From assembly GCA_031283025.1 (NCBI GenBank), contig JAITCP010000157.1, positions 3,175-67,174 of the forward strand: a DNA stretch of 64,000 nt. Reading direction: 5' to 3'. The notes under the pieces were generated by a model that did not search any database, was not told where the DNA came from, and saw only the letters and a program-made list of their open reading frames with translations. This DNA is from Spirochaetaceae bacterium. GTDB lineage: Bacteria > Spirochaetota > Spirochaetia > Treponematales > Breznakiellaceae. The position numbers and the translations under genes are program-made. Positions 16,492-25,719 of this stretch are shown one piece after another (within the stretch, counting starts at the first letter, position 1; every line of letters starts with the position of its first letter).

Positions 16492-18711
16492 ATGAAGAAT
16501 AAGACTTTTATTGCGCTGTTTACAGCGCTCTTGGCAGTCGTACTGGTACTGTCCGGCTGTAGTGCTTTTTCCGGTCCTGCAGCCCCTGCGGGCGACGGTG
16601 GTACGCTTGCTCTGACGGTAAAGGGTGTCGGCGCAGGCGGACGCACCATTATGCCGGAGTTAACCTACAAGGCGACGATAACCCCAGCGGGAGATGACGC
16701 GGTGGCTATTGACAAAACTCTGGTTGCGGGCGTGAACATCATTAAATTGGAACCGGGAACTTACGGAATCGTTGTAAAAGCTTACAACGGCGAAGTACTG
16801 GTCGCTCAGGGTTCCAAAACCGGTGTAGTAGTAACCGCAGAAGCGGCAGCCTCGGCAGAGATAACGCTTACGGCAGAAACGCTTACCGGCAAAGGAACCT
16901 TTGCGTGGGACCTTTCCCTATTCTCCGACGCTGAAGTAGCGGCCATTGCGATCTTTAAGCTTACAGACGTTGATCTTGATACCTTCGAATTCTTTGATGA
17001 GTTTGAAGATGCGGATGAACTAATTGCAATAGCGGGAAAAGATGAAATTCCCGTTACTGATCCCACAACCCTTGTAGAGAAAGGCTTTGTAGATTCAATC
17101 GAGCTTGATGCGGAAGAATATCTGGTTTATTTCTTTGTTCAGAATGACGCAGAAGAGGACGACCCCACTGTATGGTCAGAAGTCCTGCGTATCTATGCGG
17201 GTCTTAAAAGCTCCTACCAGCCTTCCTTTGAGAACATCTTTGGCGGCGAAGGTAAAGAGCTTGAGGACCTTATCATCGCCGCAATCGCCGAAGGCGATTA
17301 CGACATTACCGCGCCTGAATTAACCGCTATTGGCGTAGCAGGCGTTAGCGCGGGCAACATCAACGACATAAAGACTAACATTGGCTTAATTCTTGCGGCA
17401 GCCGGTAACGAAGCCCCGGAAGACCTTGACGGCCTGAAAGAGCTTGTTGACGCTGCGCTGGTTATGGCCGGAGCCGTCGGCGTTGATCCTGCCAGTCCTA
17501 TCAAGGATACAGAAATTGCAGACCTTGCCGCAAACGATTCGGATGTAGATGTTGATTGGGATGATTGGGATGAACCTGACTATGAGGTAACCATAACCGT
17601 TGGCGCGTATGAGTTCACCGTATCAATCCTTCCGATTGCGGAACCTGAATTCCTTGAAAGCTTGGAAATTGCTCAGGTTGTTCCGGTCTACAGGTTTGCC
17701 CTGCCCTCAGGCGAAACGTACGGGAATTATAAGGCCATTAAAATAACCGTCAAGGATGCCGACCCCACTGCCAATATCCGTTTTGTCAGGCTTATGGGTA
17801 ATTACAGCGCGTCGGATTTTGCTTGGAATGCAGGATCTGGTGTTTTGGTGGCTGACTTTAACAGCGGCAAAAATGCTGAATTCATCTATGATGATATTGG
17901 CGCAGGCGCCATTACCGCCGCAGGCGGAGCAGCGGACACCTGGTATACCCTGACCTTCCGGCTGGTAGGCAATAGCCCGAACGGAAGCTTTGTCGCTGCC
18001 AATAAGCCGGCGGATAGCGCTACCGGGCCCTTCTACTTCGGTGTCGGCGTGCCTGGCAATGACAATTCTATCAAAACCGAACTGATCAAAAACATCACCA
18101 TGGTGCACAAAGCTGATCCGAAGAAGAATGTGGTGCTTGATGAATTGGATTTCTTTGGGTTTGCCGGGTATCCAATCGCAACCAGTTTAGGCCTGTCCAG
18201 CCGCAGTGTCGTAGCAAATGATGATTATGACGACCCTGCCAGTGTTACACTCCAGTTGGATTTAACTAAATTTTTGGATGATGGTACGGTGCTCAATGGA
18301 AGCGCGCATCTGGATGCCACTACTGAGGTTGGGAAGCTTATTGCGGAATTCACCAAGGGTAATTCAAGGGCATGTGTAGAGATTGGTGAAACCCAAGTTA
18401 CCCAAATAATGGCCGCAAAGTCTCTGAAGATATACGTTGATGCATCAAGCACCGATACTACTTCTAACTTTAGGTATCATTTAGGCAATCCGGTTCCTTC
18501 CGGTGGCTGGAATGGTTCCGCTTCGTTTGGTGGTGCCCCGTTCTATTCGGTGATTTATGGAGGAAAGGCAGTAGGATTCCAGGGCGACCCGAATCATATA
18601 GCTGCAAATTTCGGGTACTTCATACTGCAATACCAGGGTGGTGATGTGGCTGACGGCGAAGATCCTGTTACTGTTACCATTAAGTCCATCAAGATTAAGC
18701 TTATTAACTAA
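16492..18711 (+). CDS. Large surface lipoprotein with acidic central region and CBM-like modules
   Basis: ORF track 739 aa. Lipobox MKNKTFIALFTALLAVVLVLSGCS, GAGGAGG RBS. Module YRFALPSGETYGNYKAIKITV..VRLMGNY..WYTLTFRLVGNSP..FYFGVGVPGNDNSIKTELIKNITMV parallels YKFTLPEGKVWSDY..VRMMGNY..WYKYTYRIDGNTSP..LFMFGIGISGQNNDQNGTVSYIKNVTLV in the upstream protein. Confidence 0.8.
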   Translation: MKNKTFIALFTALLAVVLVLSGCSAFSGPAAPAGDGGTLALTVKGVGAGGRTIMPELTYKATITPAGDDAVAIDKTLVAGVNIIKLEPGTYGIVVKAYNGEVLVAQGSKTGVVVTAEAAASAEITLTAETLTGKGTFAWDLSLFSDAEVAAIAIFKLTDVDLDTFEFFDEFEDADELIAIAGKDEIPVTDPTTLVEKGFVDSIELDAEEYLVYFFVQNDAEEDDPTVWSEVLRIYAGLKSSYQPSFENIFGGEGKELEDLIIAAIAEGDYDITAPELTAIGVAGVSAGNINDIKTNIGLILAAAGNEAPEDLDGLKELVDAALVMAGAVGVDPASPIKDTEIADLAANDSDVDVDWDDWDEPDYEVTITVGAYEFTVSILPIAEPEFLESLEIAQVVPVYRFALPSGETYGNYKAIKITVKDADPTANIRFVRLMGNYSASDFAWNAGSGVLVADFNSGKNAEFIYDDIGAGAITAAGGAADTWYTLTFRLVGNSPNGSFVAANKPADSATGPFYFGVGVPGNDNSIKTELIKNITMVHKADPKKNVVLDELDFFGFAGYPIATSLGLSSRSVVANDDYDDPASVTLQLDLTKFLDDGTVLNGSAHLDATTEVGKLIAEFTKGNSRACVEIGETQVTQIMAAKSLKIYVDASSTDTTSNFRYHLGNPVPSGGWNGSASFGGAPFYSVIYGGKAVGFQGDPNHIAANFGYFILQYQGGDVADGEDPVTVTIKSIKIKLIN

Positions 18712-18768
18712 CCCGTGTTTGACTGATGATTTTAATCCGGCGCTTCAGCAATGAGGCGCCGGGCTTGA

Positions 18769-18800
18769 CCAGCACCTAAGCAATTAGGTGCTGGTTTATT
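18769..18800 (+). terminator. Rho-independent terminator after the 16492..18711 gene
   Basis: ccagcacctaa gcaa ttaggtgctgg followed by tttatt. Preceded by a second hairpin ccggcgc..gcgccgg at 18737-18762. Confidence 0.7.
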
Positions 18801-18845
18801 CTTGAAAGAAGGATCAACGAATAATATGAGTTTTCCGGTTGTTTT

Positions 18846-18960
18846 TCACGCAGAGACGCTAGAGTCTGTAGGAAAAGTATTTTTTTTGAAGACTTCACAC
18901 AGCCTGCCGTGTGAACCTCTTCTCCGAGGTTTTCCTACAGACTCCTGTGCCGTTGCGTGA
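18846..18960. repeat. Long imperfect hairpin (TTCACGCAGAG-type element) upstream of the first GH30 operon
   Basis: tcacgca (18846-52) pairs with tgcgtga (18954-60). gagtctgtaggaaaa (18862-76) pairs perfectly with ttttcctacagactc (18930-44). Apical hairpin ttcacac/gtgtgaa (18894-18915). Confidence 0.6.
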
Positions 18961-19050
18961 TCTTCTTTGCCGGTAATTCGTGTCATTCGTTGACTTTTCT
19001 TTGAGTAACGCCCGTTGGGCAGTTTAATTTTCTATTTTAAGGAGACCTAT

Positions 19051-21642
19051 ATGTCAAGCAAGAAATGTTTATTGGCAATGTTCTGTGCGGTACTGGCGTT
19101 GGCGCTTGCCGCGTGTGAACTTGGCGGTTCGGAAGAAGCCATAAAACCGCTCACCCTGCCGTATATAAGCATACACCCCCAAAGTCATTCGTATTATAAC
19201 GCGGCCTATGCAAATAACTCCGCTTATGTGTACCCCGGTACGCCGCCAACCCTGGGAGTGGAAATTTGGGACTGGCAGGGAAATGACGGCTCGCTCAGCT
19301 ATCAATGGTATACCTTTACCGACATCGAAGATTACTGCGAAAACGGCGGCAGGGCAATACCGGGCGCGACAAGCGGCACCTACACCCCTCCAATTTCTTC
19401 AACTGCAAACGGCACAAAATACTACTATTATGTTACTGTTACCAATTCAAAGTCGGATGTTCTGGGTGATCAAAAAGAAGCTTCGTTAACAAGCGAAGTA
19501 GCGGTTATCTCCTTTAGCAATCCCGGCCAGCCCCTTGCGCCTATACTTTCCAGAAGCCCGTCCGATGCCCGTTATGCCTGGGGCGCGGCGTTTAACCCCA
19601 TGCAGTTGAAAGCCGCAATACAGGATTCCGGTACCATTAGCTATCAATGGTACAGCAACAAGGCCTATAAGGTGGATTTTGACAGCGATACCACTACGGC
19701 GGCAGCTGTGAACATGGGCACTCAGGCATCCCTTATGCCGGATGTTGACGACCTTGATATGGGCGATAATTTCTATTTTGCCGTTGTTACCAATACCATT
19801 GGCAGCAACCGGTCTCAGACCATTACCATCCCGGCAAAGATAGAAATAGTACCGGGTAAAAGGGCGGCAGCTCCCCGTATTACCACACAGCCAACGGACA
19901 AACTGTACTTTACCGGAGATGTGATTGAGGCATTAACGGCGGAAGCGGAATCCCTTGATCGCGGCGCCATTACGTATCAATGGTATTCAAATGACGTGGC
20001 CGCCGTTAATTCCGGCACACGCCAGCCAATTGCAGGCGCAACTAACAAGAATTATACGCCGGATATAAACACAGGTTCGGCGGCGGGGCCGTTCTATTAC
20101 TATGTCGTTGCTACCAATACCAACGAAAATGTAATCGAAGAAACAACCGCCACAACGGCCAGCAAGCCGGTAAAGGTACGTGTAGCCGCTCCCGGAACAG
20201 AAGACTACAATATATCTTTTACCATTCCCGATCCTTCCCTTCCGGCAAACAGGTTCCAGTACGTCCGGGGTTACGGCGGCATGGACGTTGCCTGGGGCAA
20301 CTTCCCCCTGACAGATACGGATGATACCGAGTTGATGTATGACCCGGAACGCCTGGGCTACAATATGCTGCGGATTATGATAAAGGCGGATTATTTAGAC
20401 CCTGAAGAAACGATAAATATGCTCCTGGGTAGTGATCGCCCCTATTATTACGAAAATGTAAGAATTGTCAATAAATACGGCGGCTATGTGGCGGCAAGCC
20501 CTTGGACTCCCCCCAAAAACTGGAAGAGCAATAACTCGATAAACGGCGGCGGCATTTTAATACCCGCATACTACAAACTCTTTGCTACCTATCTGCGTAA
20601 CTTTGCCCAGATTATGTACGATAACGGAGCGCCGATTTATTGTATTTCCATTTCCAACGAACCAAACTATGTCGCCGGTTACGACGGCTGTGAATGGACT
20701 CCTAACGAAATGAGGGACTTCTACCTTGAATGTGGCCACTTTACAGACGGCGTGCGCGGCTGGGGCGGCGGCAAAGAAACCCCCTACGTCCTTACGATGA
20801 ACGGCGAATCGGCCAATACGCCCAATATCAACCTTGCCGCTCTTCAAAATCCAAAGTCCAAAGCGGCAATAGACGTTCTTGCCCGTCATATTTACGGTTC
20901 CCGTAAAGTAAGCCTCTGGAATGAAAACAAACAGCATATTACCAAAAAAGACGCAGAGGGCAACGACGTAATGATGGAAGTCTGGATGACGGAACATAAC
21001 ATCAACAGCTCCAACGCCACCGGTTACTACAACGATTCAAAGTGGCCCTATGTATGGCGCTACCTGAACGACGTAGACCTGGTAATGCGCATAAACAACG
21101 AAAACGCCTTTGTCTGGTGGGCTTCCAAGCGCTTCTATTCCATGGTAGGAGACGGCCAGTTTGGCGCTCCGAACCACACGCCGCTTCCCCGCGGCTGGGC
21201 GCTTACCCATTATTCGCGTTATACCATCGACCATACCCGTGTTGCGGTTAATTTGAACGGTACTGGTAATACAACAGGTAATGGAACTCCCGTACCCAAT
21301 ATTGATTGGACTACATCTGTTGTTAATAACAGTGAAGACAACATGGACAATCCTTCCCCCAGAATCACGGCCTTTGCCGCCCCGGACGGAAATTCAATCA
21401 GCGTGGTTCTGTTTACCCCCACTTCGGTTGAAGGTGCAGGCGGTTATGGCGGCTTTGGAACCATGGAGATTAACCTTCCGTTCGCGGTAAGCGGCGTAGT
21501 GGCGCACAAATCGTATGCGATTAATGCCACTACCAATTCTCTTTTCCAGCCGTTTGAGGAAATTACCCTCAGTGCAGATAGAAGAAAGGCGTATATTACT
21601 ATGCCGCAAAGCCAGATTATATCGGTAAGGTTTACCAAATAG
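19051..21642 (+). CDS. Lipoprotein glycoside hydrolase family 30 (glucuronoxylanase-like) with N-terminal Ig-like 'SYQWY' repeats
   Basis: ORF-track ORF 19015..21642. ATG 19051 follows AAGGAG. Lipobox MSSKKCLLAMFCAVLALALAAC. Repeats contain LSYQWYTF / ISYQWYSN / ITYQWYSN...YYYVVATN. GH30 core: RGYGGMDVAWGNF..YNMLRIMI..ASPWTPPKNWKSN..YCISISNEPNY..EVWMTEHN..FVWWASKRFYSMVG. Confidence 0.85.
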   Translation: MSSKKCLLAMFCAVLALALAACELGGSEEAIKPLTLPYISIHPQSHSYYNAAYANNSAYVYPGTPPTLGVEIWDWQGNDGSLSYQWYTFTDIEDYCENGGRAIPGATSGTYTPPISSTANGTKYYYYVTVTNSKSDVLGDQKEASLTSEVAVISFSNPGQPLAPILSRSPSDARYAWGAAFNPMQLKAAIQDSGTISYQWYSNKAYKVDFDSDTTTAAAVNMGTQASLMPDVDDLDMGDNFYFAVVTNTIGSNRSQTITIPAKIEIVPGKRAAAPRITTQPTDKLYFTGDVIEALTAEAESLDRGAITYQWYSNDVAAVNSGTRQPIAGATNKNYTPDINTGSAAGPFYYYVVATNTNENVIEETTATTASKPVKVRVAAPGTEDYNISFTIPDPSLPANRFQYVRGYGGMDVAWGNFPLTDTDDTELMYDPERLGYNMLRIMIKADYLDPEETINMLLGSDRPYYYENVRIVNKYGGYVAASPWTPPKNWKSNNSINGGGILIPAYYKLFATYLRNFAQIMYDNGAPIYCISISNEPNYVAGYDGCEWTPNEMRDFYLECGHFTDGVRGWGGGKETPYVLTMNGESANTPNINLAALQNPKSKAAIDVLARHIYGSRKVSLWNENKQHITKKDAEGNDVMMEVWMTEHNINSSNATGYYNDSKWPYVWRYLNDVDLVMRINNENAFVWWASKRFYSMVGDGQFGAPNHTPLPRGWALTHYSRYTIDHTRVAVNLNGTGNTTGNGTPVPNIDWTTSVVNNSEDNMDNPSPRITAFAAPDGNSISVVLFTPTSVEGAGGYGGFGTMEINLPFAVSGVVAHKSYAINATTNSLFQPFEEITLSADRRKAYITMPQSQIISVRFTK

Positions 21643-21651
21643 GAGCGCCGG

Positions 21652-22851
21652 ATGAAGAAAAAGTGGAATGAGGAATTAGAAATGAGGAGTAAGAGAACGG
21701 TTATTGCGTTATTCGTCATTGTTCTGAGCGCCGCATTATCCGTGGGTGCCTTTGCCCAGGAATTAAAAATTTCCGGTGAGGCAAAGAGCGGTATCTTATG
21801 GCAGCAAACCCAAAAGGAAGCCACCGATCCGGAAGCTAATGTTACTCTGGGAAATAAAGATGACGCGGGCGGCGGACGGGGCCGTGTCCGCATCAATCTG
21901 GACTATGACAATGGCAATAACTTTGGCATGAGGGCGCGTATTAACTGGGAAAACTGGAGCGATACCCAGCCTCAGTGGTCCTATGCCTTTGGCTACGGCG
22001 ATTTTTTTGACAACCAGATGACCGTATCGGTCGGCAAACTGGGGGCCTCGCCCTGGGGAACCGGCGGGCCGGAAATGTGGAAAGAACTGGAAGCGGCATC
22101 CGGCGGCGGCATGAGAACCGAATGGAAGCCGGCGTTTATTCCCGGCCTGAACGCGGGTTTTGTACTGAGCTATTTTAACCAGGACCGCGACCAGGGCTGG
22201 GATGCTAACAAACCGCTCTCGCTGTTGAACATTTTGCGGGAATCGGTTGTCGGCATATCGTATGCCCACGATCTGTTTTTAGTCCGTTTTGCCTACCGTT
22301 TTGACGATGCATTTGATGCGACGCAGGAAAACAAAAACCGCGGCGGTCTGGGTGAAGACGAGTTGATTTACCGTGTTGAGGAACGGGTATTAAAGAATTA
22401 CCTGCCCGGCTTCCAGATTTGGGCGCTTGGCTACTGGTTTGGCGTAACGTCCGAATATCCGGAGATGAAGCTGTTCCAGAACTGGCTTTTTGTCCAGTAC
22501 GCGCCGGAACAGTTTACAGCTCAGGTTCGCTTTGGCTACGACTATATCGAAAGCCGCAGCGATTTTTATGTAAAACCGTCTTTTTACTGGAACTTATTTG
22601 AAAAGTTACTCAGCATAGGTACGTCGTTCACGTACTGCCAGGATTTTGGCATAGGCAAAGTGTATGAAGGTTCTCCTTACCGGTATCTGGAAGTTGAACC
22701 AAAAATACAGCTTAACTTTACATCCTCATATATAGCCTTTGTATATTACTTTAAGCAGGAATATGTGGGCCGTTGGACGGGACTGCCCGATAGCTCATTG
22801 CCTCTACAGCAAACGCAGTGGATGAATCTGCGTTTCTGCATTTATTTCTAG
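21652..22851 (+). CDS. Putative outer-membrane beta-barrel protein (OMP-1), paralog of 35604..36926
   Basis: ORF track 399 aa. Signal RSKRTVIALFVIVLSAALSVGAFAQ. Alternating beta-strand-like sequence. C-terminal MNLRFCIYF ends in Phe. Starts 9 nt after the GH30 gene. Clear paralogy to the second OMP (ISGEAK(S/T)G(I/F)LW.., FGY..F.DQ(M/L)T(V/F)S(V/I)GKLG(A/S)SPWGTGGPE(M/K)WKELE). Confidence 0.7.
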   Translation: MKKKWNEELEMRSKRTVIALFVIVLSAALSVGAFAQELKISGEAKSGILWQQTQKEATDPEANVTLGNKDDAGGGRGRVRINLDYDNGNNFGMRARINWENWSDTQPQWSYAFGYGDFFDNQMTVSVGKLGASPWGTGGPEMWKELEAASGGGMRTEWKPAFIPGLNAGFVLSYFNQDRDQGWDANKPLSLLNILRESVVGISYAHDLFLVRFAYRFDDAFDATQENKNRGGLGEDELIYRVEERVLKNYLPGFQIWALGYWFGVTSEYPEMKLFQNWLFVQYAPEQFTAQVRFGYDYIESRSDFYVKPSFYWNLFEKLLSIGTSFTYCQDFGIGKVYEGSPYRYLEVEPKIQLNFTSSYIAFVYYFKQEYVGRWTGLPDSSLPLQQTQWMNLRFCIYF

Positions 22852-22861
22852 GAGGAAAATA

Positions 22862-25129
22862 ATGAAGAAAAGAACGATTTTTAATGCAAGAACGGTTGTC
22901 ATTGCCTTATTAATTGCGGTTGCTGGCGTAAGCCTTGTAACCTGCGTAGACCAGACCATATTACCTCTGGGCACAGAAGCGGAATTGCTTGGTTTAAGAA
23001 TAGGAGCCGCCGTTGCAGACGAAATACCCCCGGCTATAGCCGCCACCGCTTTTGAAAGCGACTCGCCTATAGTAAGTGAGCGTTTTAGCACTATAAGGAT
23101 CAACAGGGAAGCGGATACAACGGTTGCCCGCATAAGTCCTTCCATGTCGCGCGGCGCTACTGCCCGATGGGGCATTGGAAGCCGTTCAAATAAGCCGGCT
23201 GCCTTTTTTGATACCCGCGTGCCTATTACTTTTGAAAGCTCCGAATTTATCTACATTGAGGTAGAATCCGCAGACAAAGAAAAGAAAAATTATTACCGCT
23301 TTAACGCCCATTTGCAAAGCTGGGTTACCGATCTTTCGCGTATCAGCGTACAGGAGCGCATTGCGAAAGCCGGAACAGGCGGCGATAGCTGGGAGCTTGC
23401 AGCAGATGTTGCCGATCTTTTAATAACCACATCGGAAGCTACAAACGCTGTTATTGTTGCGGAAACCTTTGACCCGGATGCTACAATCCGCTATGGCAGG
23501 GCAACAAGCGCTACCGCAGCGCCGGTTTTTACCCCCGCCGCAACGCCAATTACCTTTACCGATCAAAATTACCTCTATGTAGAAGTAACTGCGGCAAACA
23601 CCATAGACAAAACCTACTTTAAATTTCTTGTTAATGTTGGCCGCATGAATACCATAAAGAGCCTTAATTTTACCGGCGGCCCAACAACCGGAGGAGCTAC
23701 TTTACCGAACGAAGAGATATACGGTTTGGGTTTAGCAAACAGTACATGGGCAAGCGTCGGTAAGGGCGAATTTCAAACCCCCGATCAGCCAACAGCCGGT
23801 TACGGAGTTACTATTGAACTTGACGATCCCGACGGAACGGTAGATTGGACGGTTCTTCCTACATTGCCTGCCGCGGCGACAAATGTAACAACGTGGGCAA
23901 CAACTCCTAAAATTCCCTTCAGTGACGGCAATTACCTGGTTATCAGGGTAATAGCAAAGAACGGTACGGGCAACGCAAGAAATAATTACTACCAAATCAA
24001 ACTTACCATGCTGGCGGCAAACATTAAGACACATCCCAAATCCAGGGCGTATATGAAAAATGCCCCGGTAGAACCCTTAACAGTAGAACTGGACAGAGCG
24101 GGTAACTTTTCCTACCAGTGGTATGAATCGGATTCATGGTACGGAATCTACGGCAGGCATGGGACTGCGCTGGACGAAAAGAACAATATTTCTTTTGTCA
24201 ACGGCGGCCCGGATATGTATTACTATCTTGCCCAGCCGGATGAATTGGTTGCCGGCAATCCTATGCGTCAGCCCGGCGGAGCGAATGAACCCATCGCATG
24301 GAAAGCCCCAACCCGGAAATCGGGAAATACTTCCGACAGCTATACGCCGCCCAATGATTGGGATAACGTTCCTGTGAAGCTCAGAACAACCGGACAAAAT
24401 AGCTCATACCCCTTTAAGCCTGACTTGGAGGAGTATGGCGACGGCTGGGGCCCCAATAAGGTCAATTACATTACCGGCTCTACCAGCGAATCCCGGTATT
24501 ACTGGTGCGTCGTTAAGAATCTTGACAACGGTTATACGGTTACCACTGACCGCGCTCTGATCATTACGGAAACAAACCCCGAAACAAAACACTTCATTTT
24601 TGATCTTTCTGTGCTAAAAAAGAAAAATGAAACTCCGTTTAAGATAAAGCGCGAGCTGTATAAGATCTATTTCCCGGAGTCAAACTACTTCCCCGCAGAT
24701 TTTAACCCCAGTGAATATGAAGATTTAGTGGCCCAGGCCCAATACTTCCTTCCCGATGGCCGCCCCTGGACGCAGAACTGGACCCACGGCGACATCCATT
24801 TTGGTTACGGAACCAAAGCAGAAGATGACGCTGGTACAACATCAAGCAAAGGCAGTTTAACCTGGTGGCAAAACAACCTCGGAGCAAACTCAGGAGCCAT
24901 CCCGCTCCAGGCCCCGCACTCCCAGCAAGGCGGTTTGGGCGACGTACCCGATTGGGTAGGTGTAGCTCCCTCCGGCGACCCTGACCGCGGCCTGCCCCCC
25001 GTAGACAGAAATACCGGCCAGCTCCCCGTCGGCTACAAACCCGCCGGTTACGCCGAAGGCATAGCCCAAGGCTACTTCTGCGGCTACATTGAGCTGCTGG
25101 AACTGCGCTTTGCCTCCGCGCCGAAATAA
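22862..25129 (+). CDS. Surface lipoprotein with cadherin-like beta-sandwich domains, one Ig-like SYQWY domain and an uncharacterised C-terminal domain
   Basis: ORF track 755 aa. Lipobox MKKRTIFNARTVVIALLIAVAGVSLVTC, GGAGGA RBS. Domain ends: FIYIEVESADKEKKNYYRFN, YLYVEVTAANTIDKTYFKFLVNV, YLVIRVIAKNGTGNARNNYYQIKL. Also FSYQWYES. Confidence 0.8.
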   Translation: MKKRTIFNARTVVIALLIAVAGVSLVTCVDQTILPLGTEAELLGLRIGAAVADEIPPAIAATAFESDSPIVSERFSTIRINREADTTVARISPSMSRGATARWGIGSRSNKPAAFFDTRVPITFESSEFIYIEVESADKEKKNYYRFNAHLQSWVTDLSRISVQERIAKAGTGGDSWELAADVADLLITTSEATNAVIVAETFDPDATIRYGRATSATAAPVFTPAATPITFTDQNYLYVEVTAANTIDKTYFKFLVNVGRMNTIKSLNFTGGPTTGGATLPNEEIYGLGLANSTWASVGKGEFQTPDQPTAGYGVTIELDDPDGTVDWTVLPTLPAAATNVTTWATTPKIPFSDGNYLVIRVIAKNGTGNARNNYYQIKLTMLAANIKTHPKSRAYMKNAPVEPLTVELDRAGNFSYQWYESDSWYGIYGRHGTALDEKNNISFVNGGPDMYYYLAQPDELVAGNPMRQPGGANEPIAWKAPTRKSGNTSDSYTPPNDWDNVPVKLRTTGQNSSYPFKPDLEEYGDGWGPNKVNYITGSTSESRYYWCVVKNLDNGYTVTTDRALIITETNPETKHFIFDLSVLKKKNETPFKIKRELYKIYFPESNYFPADFNPSEYEDLVAQAQYFLPDGRPWTQNWTHGDIHFGYGTKAEDDAGTTSSKGSLTWWQNNLGANSGAIPLQAPHSQQGGLGDVPDWVGVAPSGDPDRGLPPVDRNTGQLPVGYKPAGYAEGIAQGYFCGYIELLELRFASAPK

Positions 25130-25183
25130 GCAGGGAAATTGTGCTATAGGGCCTGCGTGTGCGGGCCCGTCCAACTGACAGTA

Positions 25184-25228
25184 AATGGGCTGTTTAACCA
25201 CTAAAAGTGGTTAAACAGCCCATTTTTG
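25184..25228 (+). terminator. Strong rho-independent terminator after gene 22862..25129
   Basis: aatgggctgtttaaccac taaaa gtggttaaacagcccatt, a perfect 18-bp stem, followed by tttg. Confidence 0.85.
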
Positions 25229-25264
25229 TCTGCGCCAGTCCACAGGCGGCAACTTGGCGGGGAG

Positions 25265-25290
25265 GGGGAAAGGGGGGGAAATGCCGTTAT
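25265..25290. repeat. G-rich direct repeat, left copy (GGGGAAAGGGGGGGAA + TGCCGTTAT)
   Basis: Matches ggggaaagggggga at 26621-26634 and tgccgttat at 26687-26695. Confidence 0.5.
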
Positions 25291-25507
25291 TAAACGGTTT
25301 TTTAGCGAAATTAGCCCAAATTCTTGTATTTTTAACAGAAATTTCCCGAAATTTATTTGTTTTTTACAATAATTATACGAAAACTACTTGCGGATTTACT
25401 ATTATTGATATATAAATAATATATAGAAGATTTTCCTAAACTTAAGTACCTTCGGTACCCGGGTTTTGGAAAAGCCTCTATAAACAAGGCTTTAAGGAGT
25501 AATTAAC

Positions 25508-25714
25508 ATGGTGGGAGTAAGCTCTTCAAAGGCGAAAACGAAGAAGCAATTCGATGCTATTCGTAAACGTGCCGAAAAACTTGGCGTATTGGATATTAGT
25601 TTTAGCAGGGCTAATTCTTCTCCCGATGTTTTGGAGTGTTATAACCGTACGCTTGATGTTATTGAAAAAAATAAAGCAATTCTCTATCAAAATGCCGGTG
25701 AAACCGAGAAATAA
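25508..25714 (+). CDS. Small hypothetical protein (68 aa) in AT-rich island
   Basis: ORF track 68 aa: MVGVSSSKAKTKKQFDAIRKRAEKLGVLDISFSRANSSPDVLECYNRTLDVIEKNKAILYQNAGETEK. AAGGAG lies 8 nt upstream. The next gene starts 5 nt after its stop. Confidence 0.6.
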   Translation: MVGVSSSKAKTKKQFDAIRKRAEKLGVLDISFSRANSSPDVLECYNRTLDVIEKNKAILYQNAGETEK

Positions 25715-25719
25715 ATATC

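Noticed and set aside
21444-21896. 150-aa minus-strand ORF spanning the GH30-1/OMP-1 junction
   Set aside because: It overlaps two well-supported plus-strand genes and has no RBS.
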